From Moniliella sp. 'wahieum' (lineage: Eukaryota), in the NCBI GenBank assembly GCA_003971905.1, contig RSEE01000015.1:124001-188000 (forward strand): 64,000 nucleotides of DNA. The letters run 5' to 3'. A program made the position numbers and the translations under genes. The notes below the pieces were generated by a model. The model was not told the origin of the DNA and ran no database searches. It was given only the letters and a program-made list of their open reading frames with translations. The stretch's first letter is position 1. The number at the start of each line of letters is the position of its first letter. Of this stretch, positions 63,661-64,000 are shown piece after piece.

Positions 63661-64000
63661 TCATTTCGTCTGTGTGTTCTGAGCCTCCGCCGCCAGCCAC
63701 CGCGGCAAGTCCTCAACCATCGACGGGCCCTGGGGCGTCCACCCCAGCAGGCGCACCGCCCGTTCGGCGCGGGAAAACGAGTCGGTGCCGAGGACAAAGC
63801 GAATGTAGGGCTGACGCGCCTCTGCCTCCTCCACCGACACATGTTCCACCTCGCTCGTGTCCAGCAGCCCCATCGCATGCCCCACTTTGGCCCCACGCGC
63901 CACATACTCCCCTAACACAATTGCCTCGCTTTGGCCCATGAACATGCCTCCCTCGGGTGCCCAGAGCCCTGTAGGAGTGGACGAATCAGGGCTTGCTGCT
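63661..64000 (-). CDS. NAD(P)-binding epimerase/dehydratase-like protein, C-terminal part
   Basis: LGTDSFSRAERAVRLLGWTP, typical of the C-terminus of atypical SDR/epimerases; the gene starts beyond the window. Confidence 0.65.
   Translation of the reverse strand, partial: AASPDSSTPTGLWAPEGGMFMGQSEAIVLGEYVARGAKVGHAMGLLDTSEVEHVSVEEAEARQPYIRFVLGTDSFSRAERAVRLLGWTPQGPSMVEDLPRWLAAEAQNTQTK

Overview
Eukaryotic, GC-rich, intron-poor fungal genomic DNA. The short GT-AG introns with CTAAC/CTGAC branch points and the gene repertoire suggest a basidiomycete, possibly Ustilaginomycotina (inference). Almost every gene, including EF-1alpha, is broken by single-base indels, which indicates an unpolished long-read assembly, so gene coordinates are reconstructed across frameshifts. 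Recognisable genes in order: alanine-glyoxylate aminotransferase, a Far1/Ste5-like RING-H2/PH/partial-vWA protein, two divergently transcribed CarO-like microbial rhodopsins, an Nnk1-like kinase, GTP cyclohydrolase I, an F-BAR RhoGAP, Sly1, a Cla4-type PAK kinase, choline-phosphate cytidylyltransferase, EF-1alpha, a MARVEL protein, an Iml2/TTC39 protein, a Pmp3-domain protein and a partial NAD(P)-binding epimerase, plus an intron-containing tRNA-Ile(AAT). Repeat-rich islands lie at about 8.6-9.0, 17.8-20.2 and 46-54.5 kb, with solo LTRs, a Helitron fragment and a Ty3/Gypsy chromovirus 3' end. Three signals stand out. (1) Intergenic 7-nt micro-tandem repeats whose units are always a 6-bp A-NNNN-T palindrome plus one spacer base, with at least 11 different cores. 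(2) A rhodopsin pair that keeps the retinal Lys and both counterion Asp residues but has a D-S-A helix-C motif and a remodelled retinal pocket. (3) An LTR-like element carrying a tRNA-like cloverleaf.
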